Shown here: positions 43,869 through 55,080 of the stretch, piece by piece | Layout: every line of letters starts with the position of its first letter | Numbering within the stretch: the stretch's first letter is position 1 | From: an uncultured Gammaproteobacteria bacterium | GTDB lineage: Bacteria > Pseudomonadota > Gammaproteobacteria > JAURND01 | Assembly: GCA_963714975.1 (NCBI GenBank) | Contig: CAVQQD010000003.1 | Location: 263,670 to 327,669, forward strand | Length of the DNA: 64,000 nucleotides | Reading direction: 5' to 3' | The notes under the pieces: model-generated | What the model saw: only the letters and a program-made list of their open reading frames with translations | Databases searched by the model: none | Told to the model about the DNA's origin: nothing | Made by a program: the position numbers and the translations under genes

Positions 43869-45035
43869 TCATGATTTCATATAACCGCCGGGAACTGATG
43901 TAATATACGTTTTTAACTCTAAAGCCGACAGCATAGACGCTAATTTATGTGTCGGCAAGCCACTTCTGCTGCTTAATTGGTCCAATGTAGTCACCTCATA
44001 GCCTATACACTCTAACAGCAGCTGGTGATCTACATCAAGAGGATTTTTAAGTTCGGCTACTCCTGCCGTCGTCCTGGCATGGATGCCAGGATCCAGCTCG
44101 CAAGGATGTGAGACCTGCTTAAAACTGAGTAAGGAATGTAATTCTTCGAGGATGTCTTGTACCGTTTGGACCAGTTTTGCTCCCTGCCCAATCAGGCGAT
44201 GACAGCCTCGTGCTAGCGGATTGTGAATGGATCCGGGAATGGCAAAAACTTCTCTTCCTTGCTCGCTTGCCAGCCGTGCGGTAATTAAAGAGCCGCTGCG
44301 AAGGGTCGCTTCGACTACCAGCACTCCAAGACACAGCCCACTGACAATCCGGTTACGCATTGGGAAATGCTCAGCCTTGGCTTGGGCTTCAATGGGTAAT
44401 TCGGCTACCACGGCTCCTTGGTTGTTGAGGATTTTTTCCACCAGACGTTGGTTTTGATAAGGGTAGATATTTTCTAGGCCGGACCCTAATACCGCGATGG
44501 TTTTTCCCTGATTTTTTAGCGCTCCTTGGTGTGCGCTGGTATCAATTCCCAGGGCTAATCCACTGGTAATAGTGAATCCTTGGGCCGATAGTTGTTGGGC
44601 GAAATCTTCGGCTGTTTCTTTACCAGTAGGGGAGGGATTACGGCTGCCCACGATCGCGAATTGTGTTGTCAGCAAAGTTTCGCGTGCACCCTGAACAAAG
44701 AGTAAGGGTGGGGGATGACTAATTTCGCGCAGTAAAGGGGGATAATCAGCCTCTTGCCAGGTAATGAGGTGTTGATGCTCGCCCTCGGCCCATCTTAAGT
44801 TTGCTTCGATGCGTTGCCAAGGGGGGGTGGTGATGACAGCAATAGCCGCTGGTAATAGACCTAGGGCTGCAAGTTCTGAGCTCCCCATGCTAAATAAATC
44901 GCACAATTGCGGGAATTCGCTGACCAGTTTGTAAAAACTCGCCGGTCCAATGCTGGGAGCATAGCAAAGCGCCAAATAGTAGGCTAAATCTGTTTGGGAA
45001 CGATGGCTTGCGATCATCGACCCAGTATCTACCAA
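43869..45035 (-). CDS. dprA: DNA-protecting/processing protein DprA (Smf)
   Basis: Rossmann-like DprA core (AIVGSRNPSPTGKETAEDFAQQLS..GFTITSGLALGIDTSAHQGAL...GSGLENIYP); 388 aa. Confidence 0.9.
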   Translation of the reverse strand: MVDTGSMIASHRSQTDLAYYLALCYAPSIGPASFYKLVSEFPQLCDLFSMGSSELAALGLLPAAIAVITTPPWQRIEANLRWAEGEHQHLITWQEADYPPLLREISHPPPLLFVQGARETLLTTQFAIVGSRNPSPTGKETAEDFAQQLSAQGFTITSGLALGIDTSAHQGALKNQGKTIAVLGSGLENIYPYQNQRLVEKILNNQGAVVAELPIEAQAKAEHFPMRNRIVSGLCLGVLVVEATLRSGSLITARLASEQGREVFAIPGSIHNPLARGCHRLIGQGAKLVQTVQDILEELHSLLSFKQVSHPCELDPGIHARTTAGVAELKNPLDVDHQLLLECIGYEVTTLDQLSSRSGLPTHKLASMLSALELKTYITSVPGGYMKS

Positions 45036-45065
45036 ATGTTGTCACCATACTACTCGTATTCGGAG

Positions 45066-45096
45066 TATCCCTTCTCCCCAAGGGGAGAAGGGATAG
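45066..45096. repeat. Isolated palindromic core cccttctccccaaggggagaaggg
   Basis: Variant of the recurring cttctcccc..ggggagaag palindrome. Confidence 0.5.
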
Positions 45097-45158
45097 CTTT
45101 ACATGGAAATATGTTTAAGATAATGTATAAAAATCAGTCATTAACCTGGAAATAAAGT

Positions 45159-45398
45159 ATGTCAGATCACGAAACCGAAAATTTTAATTTTGAAACAGCA
45201 TTGGCTGAATTAAATCAATTGGTCGAAAAGATGGAACATGGTAATTTGGATCTAGAAAAATCTTTGCGCGATTTTGAACGTGGCATCTTCCTCGTGCGGC
45301 AGTGCCAAGATGCCTTGAAAAAAGCAGAACAAAAAGTTGAAATTTTACTGAAGGATAGATTAACTCCTTATGACCCCGAACGAGAACAAGCTGAGTGA
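45159..45398 (+). CDS. xseB: Exodeoxyribonuclease VII small subunit
   Basis: FETALAELNQLVEKMEHGNLDLEKSL..FERG; 79 aa; xseB-ispA-dxs synteny. Confidence 0.9.
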   Translation: MSDHETENFNFETALAELNQLVEKMEHGNLDLEKSLRDFERGIFLVRQCQDALKKAEQKVEILLKDRLTPYDPEREQAE

Positions 45399-46276
45399 AC
45401 TCCTTTGCTAATTATCAGCAGGAGCGTTCTGCTCGCGTGGAGCACGCACTAGAACGGCTGCTACCCGCTGAGAATCAATTACCGCAGCGCTTACATCAGG
45501 CTATGCGTTATGCCGTCCTAAACGGTGGGAAGCGCTTGCGCCCCCTATTGGTATATACTGTGGGTGAAATTTTTGTGGCCGAACTCGCTATCTTGGATAT
45601 TGCAGCGGCCGCGGTGGAATTAATCCATGCGTATTCTTTAGTGCATGATGATTTACCGGCGATGGATGACGACGATTTACGTCGTGGCAAGCCTAGCTGT
45701 CATGTGGCGTTTGATGAGGCCACCGCGATTTTAGTCGGTGATGCGCTGCAAAGCTTAGCCTTTGCAGCCTTGGCTAATGCCGACTCTATGAGCTGTTCGC
45801 AGCGGCTCATCATGCTACAAACCTTAGCCGCGGCTTGTGGGTCGATGGGGATGGTGGGAGGCCAATGTTTGGACTTGCAAGCGATCCATGCTAAGTTAAG
45901 TTTAGAACAAATTGAAATGCTCTATCTGAAAAAAACTGGCGCTTTAATCAAGGCCAGTGTGCAATTGGCGCTTCATGCCGCTACTCAGGTCACTGAGCAA
46001 GAGCAAGCAGCGCTCAGCCGCTACGCCCATTATTTAGGCTTAGGCTTTCAATTGCGCGATGATATTCAGGATATTGAAGGAGATATGACTAGCTTGGGCA
46101 AACTGCCTGGGAATGATCGTAAACACAGGAAATGTACTTATCCAGAGAAGGTAGGAATTCAGCAAGCAAGAGCTTATTTACAAGGGTTATATGACGCTAC
46201 TTTGACTGCTATTGCGCCTCTGGAAGAAAAAACAACTTATTTACGTGAAATTGCACGCACTATGCTGGTAGAGTAA
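45395..46276 (+). CDS. ispA: Farnesyl-diphosphate synthase
   Basis: [26 protein letters not shown] and [14 protein letters not shown]. Confidence 0.9.
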   Translation: MNSFANYQQERSARVEHALERLLPAENQLPQRLHQAMRYAVLNGGKRLRPLLVYTVGEIFVAELAILDIAAAAVELIHAYSLVHDDLPAMDDDDLRRGKPSCHVAFDEATAILVGDALQSLAFAALANADSMSCSQRLIMLQTLAAACGSMGMVGGQCLDLQAIHAKLSLEQIEMLYLKKTGALIKASVQLALHAATQVTEQEQAALSRYAHYLGLGFQLRDDIQDIEGDMTSLGKLPGNDRKHRKCTYPEKVGIQQARAYLQGLYDATLTAIAPLEEKTTYLREIARTMLVE

Positions 46277-48162
46277 TGTATATTGAACTTTTAACCACCA
46301 TTCAAAGTCCTGCCGACCTGCGGAACCTGTCTGAAGATCAATTGCCGGAATTGGCACAAGAATTGCGCACCTTTATTTTTTACAGCTTGAATCAATGTGG
46401 CGGGCATTTTGCGGCGAGTTTGGGCGCCGTAGAGCTCACCATTGCGCTGCATTATTTATTTAATACTCCCGAAGACCGGATTATTTGGGATGTGGGGCAT
46501 CAAGCCTACCCACACAAAATTTTAACTGGCCGTGCTGATCAATTATCTACAATCCGTTTGACGGATGGATTAGCACCTTTCCCCAGTCGTGAAGAAAGCG
46601 TATTTGATTGTTTTGGTACTGGCCATTCTTCAACTTCGATTAGTGCAGCTTTAGGAATGGCGATTGCGGCACGTCTGCAAAAAACCGGGCGGTCAGCCGT
46701 GGCCGTGATCGGGGATGGCGGTTTGACCGGTGGAATGGCTTTTGAGGCTTTAAATCATGCGGGTAGCATCGATGCCGATTTGCTGGTGGTATTGAATGAT
46801 AATGAAATGTCAATTTCCAAGAACGTTGGCGCTTTAACTAATTATTTATCCCGAATTTTATCCAGTAAAGTCTATTGTCATTTTCGTGAGGGTAGTAAAA
46901 AAGTTTTGGCGCATCTACCTTCTATGAAGGCTTTGGCCAAACGTACGGAGGCGCATTTTAAAGGGATGATTACTCCGGGAACTTTATTTGAAGAATTGGG
47001 CTTCCACTATTTTGGGCCAATTGATGGTCACGATTTAAATAGGCTGTTACCGATGTTGCGCAATATCCGGGAATTAAAAGGGCCTACGTTATTACATGTG
47101 ATCACAGTAAAAGGCAAGGGCTATCTCCCGGCGGAAGCCGATCCAGTGGAATACCATGCAGTAAAACCCGGGTTTTATGCGCAGCCAGCGGCATCCGCAG
47201 TCACTGTCACTGCACCCAAACCCAAAACTTACTCTGAAGTATTTGGGCAATGGCTCTGTGATATGGCATTGCAAGAAGAGCGGTTAGTAGCCATTACTCC
47301 GGCCATGTGTGAAGGTTCTGGTATGGTGGCCTTTGCCCAACAATTTCCTGAACGCTATTTCGATGTCGGGATTGCTGAGCAGCACAGTGTTACTTTAGCC
47401 GCGGGTATGGCCTGTGAAGGTTTAAAACCGGTGGTAGCAATTTATTCTACTTTTTTACAACGTGCCTATGATCAATTAATCCATGATTGTGCTTTGCAAA
47501 ATCTTGATGTGACTTTCGCGATTGATCGTGGTGGTTTAGTCGGTGGTGATGGGGCGACGCATAATGGCTGTTTTGATTTGAGTTACCTAAGATGTATTCC
47601 TAATCTGATCATTATGGCCCCGGCGGACGAAAATGAATGCCGGCAAATGCTTTACACAGCCTTCCAACATCCAGGGCCTAGCGCAGTGCGCTATCCTCGT
47701 GGGCATGGTCCAGGGATGGCTATTGATTCCACCATGACAGCCATTCCGATCGGGCGGGGGGAAATTAAACGCCGAGGAAAGCGCATAGCCATTTTAGCCT
47801 TTGGCTCGATGTTAATCCCCTCGATGCAAGTGGGCGAGTCTTTAAATGCCACGGTAGTCAATATGCGTTTTGTAAAACCCTTGGATTACTCCTTACTGGA
47901 TGCCCTGGTTGAGCAAGTTGATTTATTGGTAACAGTGGAGGAAAATGTGCTTGCCGGTGGCGCAGGCAGTGCTGTGAATGAATATTTAGCCAGCACTGGA
48001 AAATCAATGCCTGTGCTCAATTTAGGCCTACCAGATCAATTTATTGGCCATGGAAATCCTGCGGATTTACTGGTTGCTTGTGGTTTAGATCCTCAGAGTA
48101 TTCAGCAACGAATTATGGAGTGCCGGATTTGTCGTTCCAGCATCAGCAAGGAGGATGTATAA
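46276..48162 (+). CDS. dxs: 1-deoxy-D-xylulose-5-phosphate synthase
   Basis: ThDP motif [18 protein letters not shown]...NDN, transketolase-like domains; 628 aa. Confidence 0.95.
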   Translation: MYIELLTTIQSPADLRNLSEDQLPELAQELRTFIFYSLNQCGGHFAASLGAVELTIALHYLFNTPEDRIIWDVGHQAYPHKILTGRADQLSTIRLTDGLAPFPSREESVFDCFGTGHSSTSISAALGMAIAARLQKTGRSAVAVIGDGGLTGGMAFEALNHAGSIDADLLVVLNDNEMSISKNVGALTNYLSRILSSKVYCHFREGSKKVLAHLPSMKALAKRTEAHFKGMITPGTLFEELGFHYFGPIDGHDLNRLLPMLRNIRELKGPTLLHVITVKGKGYLPAEADPVEYHAVKPGFYAQPAASAVTVTAPKPKTYSEVFGQWLCDMALQEERLVAITPAMCEGSGMVAFAQQFPERYFDVGIAEQHSVTLAAGMACEGLKPVVAIYSTFLQRAYDQLIHDCALQNLDVTFAIDRGGLVGGDGATHNGCFDLSYLRCIPNLIIMAPADENECRQMLYTAFQHPGPSAVRYPRGHGPGMAIDSTMTAIPIGRGEIKRRGKRIAILAFGSMLIPSMQVGESLNATVVNMRFVKPLDYSLLDALVEQVDLLVTVEENVLAGGAGSAVNEYLASTGKSMPVLNLGLPDQFIGHGNPADLLVACGLDPQSIQQRIMECRICRSSISKEDV

Positions 48163-48184
48163 AACTACCAAGAGAGTAATTAAA

Positions 48185-49645
48185 ATGAGTGATGAAAACA
48201 AATTAGAAGCTAAGCAAAAAAATGCCGATTTAGCTGTGTTTGCTGACATGCAACTATTTTCAAAATTTATGATCGAACCGTCGGCTTCTCTAGAAGACTC
48301 TAAGACCCGCGATTCGAAATTCAAATCTATCCCACATAACAATGATCAGAAAGGACTATCACCAGAATTGGCTCGAATACATAACTTATTTCGAAATGGC
48401 GTGTGGTATCTTAATGACAGAAATTTCCAAAAGGCTTTCCAGTCATTTTCAGAGGCTGCTAAAGAGGGGCATATGGGGGCGGCATGTGAGCTAGGAGGGA
48501 TGTACCACTATGGCCGGGGAGTGGAAAAGGATTGGTTAGCCGCATCAACATTATATGAATTAGCTTCCCGTGGAGGAAATAATTACGCAACATTTGAGTC
48601 AACATGGATCCGTATGAAACAAAAAGATGAGAATGAGCGGAGATATTACTCCACAGGAACGCGAGTATGGTGGGAGAAACTGCAAGACCTAGAGCCATTC
48701 TACCCCTACAACTACAATTATGGTCTGATACAATTGCCAAAATCAAAAATTGATCAATTAAGCCCAGAAAAACTCTATGAGTGGGGGATGCATTATTTCA
48801 ATTTAGAGCAGTACGATAAAGCTGTTGAGTTGTTTTCTATCGCTTATAACAAGAAGGGGGTGAGTGATCCGGGAGTAAGAGCCGCAGCTCAAGCTTTATG
48901 GCGGTGTTATAGGTATGGTCTGGGAGTGCCAAAAGATTTGGAACAAGCTAAGGAACATCTATCTTTAATAAAACCAAAACCAGCAGAAGCAGAGGAGTGG
49001 GGTAAAACTTATGCGAAACAAGGATGGTACGATCATGCTTTTGAGATGTTTAGTTGTTACGCTGGTATTTCTTTAGACGGTCTATATATGAAGGGTAAAA
49101 GACATTTTGCTAAGGGTCAAAAACATTTAGGGTCTAAAGACTACGTTGAGGCTTTGATGTGGTTTTCCGTAGCTAGTCATCAGGGTCATAAAAAAGCACC
49201 CTTTTATTTAGCTCGCTTTTATGAACAAGGAATTGGATGCGATAAGGATTATGCAGTAGCGTTTCGATGGTATAAGCAAGCTTATGAACGGGCTGAAGAA
49301 CGGACAGATATTTCGCGAACAGCAGCGGCTTTAGCGCGGTGTTTTAAGAGAGGCTTGGGGGTGGAACAAAATTTTTCCAGTGCTGAGTATTACGCTGAAC
49401 AAGCCGAACGCGCTTCTCAACAACTGCGTTCACAAACTACCTCCTCCGCTCAGTCTTCCTCTCTAGCCTCGCAAAGCACTTCATCGTCACAGTCTGTGCA
49501 AAGTGTTTCATCCGCACTTTTAACTTATCCGGGTACACAATTTGCGCAGCCCCCTAGCCCTCCAAAGATTCAAACTGATACGAGACAAATTCTCTTGCAA
49601 AATAACAATGATCAGGTTGCAGGGAACCAGTGCACAAGGAAATAA
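48185..49645 (+). CDS. Sel1-repeat protein with a Ser/Gln-rich low-complexity C-terminus (tandem copy 1)
   Basis: Sel1 repeats (ELGGMYHYGRGVEKDWLAASTLYELASRGG, LARFYEQGIGCDKDYAVAFRWYKQA); start taken at MSDENK. Confidence 0.8.
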   Translation: MSDENKLEAKQKNADLAVFADMQLFSKFMIEPSASLEDSKTRDSKFKSIPHNNDQKGLSPELARIHNLFRNGVWYLNDRNFQKAFQSFSEAAKEGHMGAACELGGMYHYGRGVEKDWLAASTLYELASRGGNNYATFESTWIRMKQKDENERRYYSTGTRVWWEKLQDLEPFYPYNYNYGLIQLPKSKIDQLSPEKLYEWGMHYFNLEQYDKAVELFSIAYNKKGVSDPGVRAAAQALWRCYRYGLGVPKDLEQAKEHLSLIKPKPAEAEEWGKTYAKQGWYDHAFEMFSCYAGISLDGLYMKGKRHFAKGQKHLGSKDYVEALMWFSVASHQGHKKAPFYLARFYEQGIGCDKDYAVAFRWYKQAYERAEERTDISRTAAALARCFKRGLGVEQNFSSAEYYAEQAERASQQLRSQTTSSAQSSSLASQSTSSSQSVQSVSSALLTYPGTQFAQPPSPPKIQTDTRQILLQNNNDQVAGNQCTRK

Positions 49646-49747
49646 AAATGCCATAGGGCGTAGGAAGCGAATCTTTCACATCCTTATGAATTGGATCTCT
49701 GCATCCTGCAGGGGACGACGTATAAAACTATCATGAGGTAAATTAAA

Positions 49748-51012
49748 ATGAGTGATGAAAACAAATCAGAAGCTAAGCAAAAAAGTGCCGATTTAGCTGT
49801 GTTTGCTGACATGCAACTTCAGACGCTGCTAAAGAGGGGCATATGGGGGCGGCATGTAAGCTAGGAGGGTTGTACGCAGCTGGCAAGGGAGTGGAAAAGG
49901 ATTCTTTAGCCGCATTAAATTTATATCAATTAGCTTTACGTGGAGGGAATAACTACGGATATGGTGGGTTCGCTGCTCTTTATCAAAACGGCGTTGCTGG
50001 GATGCGAAAAGATGAGAATGAGAGTAACTATTACCTCCTAGAACAGTACCTATGGTGGATTAAAGTGCAAACCATAGAGCTAATCTCCCCCTACAACTAC
50101 GATTATGGTTTGATACAATTGCCAAAATCAAAAATTGATCAATTAAGCCCAGAAAAACTCTATGAGTGGGGGATGCATTATTTCAATTTAGAGCAGTACG
50201 ATAAAGCTGTTGAGTTGTTTTCTATCGCTTATAACAAGAAGGGGATGGTGGTGGGGGTGAGTGATCCGGGAGTAAGAGCCGCAGCTCAAGCTTTATGGCG
50301 GTGCTATAGGGATGGTCTGGGAGTGCCAAAAGATTTGGAACGAGCTAAGGAACATCTATATTTAATAAAACCAGCAGAAGCAGAGGAGTGGGGTAAAACT
50401 TATGCGAAACTAGGATGGTACGATCGTGCTTTTGAGATGTTTAGTTACGCTAATATTTTTTTAGACGATCTATATCAGAAGGGTCAAAAACATTTAGGGT
50501 CTAAAGACTACGCTGAGGCTTTCGCGTGGCTTTCTGTGGCTAGTCGTCATAGTCATAAAAAAGCACCCTTTTATTTAGCTCAACTTTATGAACAAGGAAA
50601 TGGATGCGATAAGGATTATGCAGCAGCGTTTCGATGGTATAAACAAGCTTATGAACGGGCTGAAGAACGGACAGATATTTCGCAAGCAGCAGAGGCTTTA
50701 GCGCGGTGTTTTAAGAGAGGCTTGGGGGTGGAACAAAATTTTTCCAGTGCTGACTATTACGCTGAACAAGCCGAATGCGCTTCTCAACAACTGCGTTCAC
50801 AAACTACCTCCTCCGCTCAGTCTTCTTCTCTAGCCTCGCAAAGCGCTTCATCGTCACAGTCTGCGCAAAGTGTTTCATCCCCACTTTTAACTTATCCGGG
50901 TACACAATTTGCGCAGCCCCCTAGCCCCCCAAAGATTCAAACTGATACGAGGCAAATTCTCTTGCAAAATAACAATGATCAGGTTGCAGGGAACCAGTGC
51001 ACAAGGAAATAA
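49748..51012 (+). pseudogene. Sel1-repeat gene, tandem copy 2; disrupted by a 193-bp deletion between ATTTTCA microhomologies (frameshift). The 389-aa remnant ORF is 49843..51012.
   Basis: About 95% nucleotide identity with copy 1 from 49721 onward. The upstream MSDENKSEAKQK... reading frame terminates after 38 codons. Confidence 0.65.
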
Positions 51013-51030
51013 CAATGCCATCCTGGTCTG

Positions 51031-51813
51031 CTACCAAGCAGTCACTTTCCCATCATAAGCATAAAAAGTTCCGGTTTCGGTGACGGTTGCAATGACCTGA
51101 CGTATACCGCGAACGCTTTCTGCCACGCTCAAGGGAGCCGCGGTGCCCCCCATGTCAGTTCTAACCCAGCCTGGGTGAACCACTAACACCTGAATTCCTT
51201 GTGCTTGTACATCAAAGGCTAAGTTTTTCATCAGGCAATTGCCCGCTGCTTTACTAGCTCGGTAACTGTAGCTAAATCCTCCGCTGATATTATCGTGGAT
51301 ACTCGCCAGATTACTGCTGATATAGATGATTTTTTTCTGCCGACTCATTTCCACCTGCGAAATAAAGGTTTTGGCAATTTCTACAGGAGCGATCGTATTG
51401 GTTAAATATAACTGCTCCAGCAATTCTCGCCTTATGTCACTGTAATGATGATCTTCTCGGCTGACGATACCGGCATTGAGAATTAACACATCAATCGGCA
51501 TTTTACTGAGGGTTTTAGCTAAGGCAGCGACTTGTTCTGGAACGATGACGTCGAGGGGATGAATGCTGAGATCAGGGAATTGAGCAGCCAGAGTATGCAG
51601 ACTGATGGCTGATTCGGGTTGGCGGCAACTGGCCAAAACACGCCAGCCAGCTGCGGCATATTGCCTTGCTAGCTCTAAGCCAATGCCACGACTACTGCCA
51701 GTAATTAATACCGTGAATGGGGGGTTCAAGTCCCTTCTCCCACACCGCTTTTCTATGGGAGAAGGTGGCCGCAGGCCGGATGAGGGTGTATCCGATTGGC
51801 ACTTTATTTCCAT
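51031..51813 (-). CDS. Short-chain dehydrogenase/reductase (SDR) family oxidoreductase
   Basis: VLITGSSRGIGLELARQYAAAG (TGxxxGxG), catalytic YxxxK (YRASKAA). The N-terminal ~30 codons are read through a palindromic repeat. Confidence 0.8.
   Translation of the reverse strand: MEIKCQSDTPSSGLRPPSPIEKRCGRRDLNPPFTVLITGSSRGIGLELARQYAAAGWRVLASCRQPESAISLHTLAAQFPDLSIHPLDVIVPEQVAALAKTLSKMPIDVLILNAGIVSREDHHYSDIRRELLEQLYLTNTIAPVEIAKTFISQVEMSRQKKIIYISSNLASIHDNISGGFSYSYRASKAAGNCLMKNLAFDVQAQGIQVLVVHPGWVRTDMGGTAAPLSVAESVRGIRQVIATVTETGTFYAYDGKVTAW
51737..51790. repeat. Palindromic repeat (cttctcccacaccgcttttctatgggagaagg + ggtggccgcaggccggatgaggg) overlapping the SDR gene's 5' end
   Basis: Same family as 14295..14345 and 58600..58650. 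Confidence 0.55.
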
Positions 51814-51851
51814 TGATTGCGCTCATTGTCATAGCTAGTTTGTTTCGTAGA

Positions 51852-54173
51852 TTAGGCTTCCTGAGGCGCCACATGTATCGTGACTGTATCACTATCTTCT
51901 TTTGTTGTTCCAGAAAAATCTTCCTTGTTAAGCCTTTTTTCTTCCGTTGGGGTTTGCAATGCAGCTAATGCTTTTGCATAATCAGCTTGATTTGCTAAAT
52001 TCTCCACCTCTAAGTGATAGTTTGGATATCTTTTCTTATATTCCTTTGTCAGTTCCTGGTTCTGTTGATTGATTTGACATAATTTAATTAAAGCAAACAC
52101 CAATAAAATCGTACTAACTCCGCATAAACCAACGCCTGCATACAAACCTAAGCTGCCAATTGCTAAATTACTTATATCAAGCCCGCTATCAACAAGCGAC
52201 AATCCCCCGGCTACGTAGCCTAAACTGGTGCCGAAAAATGCAGACTTACACCAAAACTTAGATCGCAATTGTAGATTAGGGATTGGGGCTATTAGCGTGT
52301 CAAGAGGGTAAACTAAAATTTTTTGTAGCTGCTCCAGTCCTGCATCCGATTGTTTTTTTTCAAGACATCGTACGCGCTCTTGCTGAATTATAAGAAACAA
52401 TGCTTGTGATTTTTGTTTGCTAGTTTCCGGAAATATGAAAGATTTTGATACAATGGCCTCATCTAATGCAATAAAATCTTTAAAAATCTCATTTATATTT
52501 CGATACTCATTATTATTAGATGTTAGGTTGTTTCCCTTTAGAGTCTGCAAAAGAGTAGGTAATTTTGGAATTTCAGACTTTGGATTTTTCTCAATTAACT
52601 CAATAATTTCCTTGCGTCGTTTATTTAAGCTTCTAAAGGTGGCAGTGACGTCCAAGTGGGTAAACTTTGGTTTTCCTTTAGTCAAAAAATTAAAGACAAA
52701 ATCTAAATTTTGATGAAATGACTGAAGCTGCTGATAAATTTCTTTATCAGCAGGTTGCAAAAGTAGGAAAGGGTCTTCGAGGGGTAATTTACGGGTAGTT
52801 AAGTATTGGTCATCAAGATATTCTTCTACCTCCAAGCGTTCTTCTACTTCTTCTTTAGTAATGGGACCCGTGTGGTCTTGGCGTGAATCCGAACTTGACT
52901 CTTTAGAATATTTTTTTTCCTCTTGCTGATCGTTGGTTGATTTATCTTTATTATTTTTAGGACAGTGATCCTCAACCAAATGATAAATGATTAAGCTTAA
53001 ATCTTCTGGCGTGGGTTTAAAATCTGCTTTTTCATATTTTTGCTTTGCAAGATAGTTGCTCACATAATCTAGAGTTAAAATTTCTGGTTCGGGCTTGGAT
53101 ACTTGTTGATAAATTTCATTTGACCACTTTACGATATCATCACAAATATCCCCACTAAAAAATTTAGGGTTGATTAGGGCCTCGCTAAGATCAGGCCGTT
53201 GCTGAGGATTTTCCTGGGTTAGGCTTTTAATTAGCTCCATTAATCGGGTTAATCTGTCTCGGTCTTCTTTTGGTAGGTCTGAATTGGCTAATTGAGATGC
53301 TCTTTGCTTAAGCTTTTCTGCAACCATTGCTGATTTATTGGAAACTCCAATCGCTTGAAATTTTTGAGTACTTTTGATTCCCCAGGCTGGATGATTACGA
53401 ATTAATTCAGCTAAGCTTTTGTATAGGATTATTCCTAAGGAAAATACATCAGCTTTCTTTAGCTTTACCGGGTTTGATTCCAAGAGTTCCGGTGCAAAAT
53501 AACTGGGTGAACCACACATTTTAACATCAGGGTTGGTTCCGTTTTCATTGACTCTGACAATAGTGCCAAGGTCACAATACTTGAAGTATAAAGAACCATG
53601 GTTGGTTTCGAAGACCAAAAGATTCTCAAATTTTATATCACGATGAACCCTATTGTTTCGATGCAACTTATTTGTTAGTTTGATTAAGCTTTTAGCAATA
53701 GTTTCGACTGTGGCTAAGCTTAAAGTCTGCTTATCCATATAATCGAAAAAAGGTATTTTAGCCGCCAGAAAAATTTCTTGTCTAAATATTCCTCGAAACG
53801 TCGCCACTGTTTTATGTGCTAAAGGCCAGGCAATAGTATTCGCAGAGATGTTTTGGTCGGCGAGTTGTTGTTCTAACATTTCGGGTGAAAACACTGTTGA
53901 TCGCCGGTGAAGACGCACCAAGGCAGCAGTTCTAGACCCTTTTTCTTCAGTGTTGTAGGGAATTCCCCGAAATTGACAGCTAATTTTTAGTTGTTCGCTT
54001 TGGATGCGGTCTACCTTCTGAACCTCGGCACCCGTTTCCCCTTCAATTTCTTTCGCATCCTGAAATAAAGAGTTTATGCGTCTAGCATTGAAAGCTGGAT
54101 TTGGCTTTACAGTTATGGGTTCTGACTGGGTTACGCGTTCTAGCCGTTCTAACTGTTGCAACTGTTCTAGCAT
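51852..54173 (-). CDS. Eukaryotic-like Ser/Thr protein kinase with C-terminal double-TM membrane hairpin; candidate translocated effector
   Basis: Catalytic loop HRDIKFENLLV, DLGT (DFG-equivalent), GSPSYFAPE (APE); C-terminal hydrophobic helices (LGYVAGGLSLV..., LGLYAGVGLCGVSTILLVFALI); 773 aa. Confidence 0.8.
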   Translation of the reverse strand: MLEQLQQLERLERVTQSEPITVKPNPAFNARRINSLFQDAKEIEGETGAEVQKVDRIQSEQLKISCQFRGIPYNTEEKGSRTAALVRLHRRSTVFSPEMLEQQLADQNISANTIAWPLAHKTVATFRGIFRQEIFLAAKIPFFDYMDKQTLSLATVETIAKSLIKLTNKLHRNNRVHRDIKFENLLVFETNHGSLYFKYCDLGTIVRVNENGTNPDVKMCGSPSYFAPELLESNPVKLKKADVFSLGIILYKSLAELIRNHPAWGIKSTQKFQAIGVSNKSAMVAEKLKQRASQLANSDLPKEDRDRLTRLMELIKSLTQENPQQRPDLSEALINPKFFSGDICDDIVKWSNEIYQQVSKPEPEILTLDYVSNYLAKQKYEKADFKPTPEDLSLIIYHLVEDHCPKNNKDKSTNDQQEEKKYSKESSSDSRQDHTGPITKEEVEERLEVEEYLDDQYLTTRKLPLEDPFLLLQPADKEIYQQLQSFHQNLDFVFNFLTKGKPKFTHLDVTATFRSLNKRRKEIIELIEKNPKSEIPKLPTLLQTLKGNNLTSNNNEYRNINEIFKDFIALDEAIVSKSFIFPETSKQKSQALFLIIQQERVRCLEKKQSDAGLEQLQKILVYPLDTLIAPIPNLQLRSKFWCKSAFFGTSLGYVAGGLSLVDSGLDISNLAIGSLGLYAGVGLCGVSTILLVFALIKLCQINQQNQELTKEYKKRYPNYHLEVENLANQADYAKALAALQTPTEEKRLNKEDFSGTTKEDSDTVTIHVAPQEA

Positions 54174-54350
54174 AGTATTCCTGATTTAAGTTGAGTTGCT
54201 GAATATCATAGCAGACCGAGCTTAATGTTTTCTTAGTGATTTATGAGTCAACGCGGAGGGCATCTAAAGGGCTGCGATGAGTTATAAATATTCGCTTTAT
54301 ACCTCAGAATAGTTCAAAATCATGAGTTATAAATCGAGGATGTATAACTC

Positions 54351-55078
54351 ATGATTTGGAATTGGCAACAGAAAGACTGGCCGCATTTTGCATGGTCAAA
54401 AACGGCTCTTGAAGATTTGGAGGGACAGTTTTTGCGTCAGTCCGGGGTTTTTGTTGGAGTTAGTCGACATTTAAGCCAAAAAGACCAAGCACTGCTGACG
54501 GTAAATATAATGACAGGTGAGGCTGTTAAAACTTCAGAAATTGAGGGGGAATATCTCAATCGGAGCAGCATTCAGGCCTCTTTATGTCGCAATTTCGGGC
54601 TGGAAGTAGCCGATCAGCGAATTCCCGCAGCTGAACGTGGCATAGCCGACATGATGACTGATGCCTATCGGAATTTCTCTCAACCCCTCTCTCATGCGAC
54701 GCTTTATAAGTGGCACAAATTACTGACCAGTGGTAGGCATGATTTGCAGGATATTGGTTGCTATCGTCATCATGAAGAGCCTATGCAGATAGTATCTGGC
54801 CCGATTGGGAAAAGAAAAATCCATTTTGAAGCCCCGCCGTCTAAAATTATTAAACAAGAAATGAATCGATTTATATCATGGTTTATTGAAACTGCCCCAA
54901 CGGGAGAAAATCCGCTTCCTGAGGGTTTAAAGGTGAGTTAAGTGCAGAAAATTATATTAGTATTACTGGCGCTTCACGCGCTACAGCCACCCGAGATTTG
55001 CAAGATTTAGTGGAAAAAATGGTTTTAATAAAAAGGGGGCAGTTAAAAAGTACGCGGTATTATTTAAATTTGTAATTG
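54351..55078 (+). pseudogene. Fic-family protein remnant: intact Fic_N (DUF4172-like) N-terminal region and C-terminal winged-helix fragment, but the catalytic HPFx(D/E)GNGR core is deleted and the frame is shifted
   Basis: 54351..54941 encodes WNWQ..W.F...IEGEYL-type Fic N-terminus. 54943..55078, in another frame, encodes ...ITGASRATATRDLQDLVEKMVLIKRGQLKSTRYYL, a typical Fic C-terminus. Confidence 0.7.
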
Positions 55079-55080
55079 TC

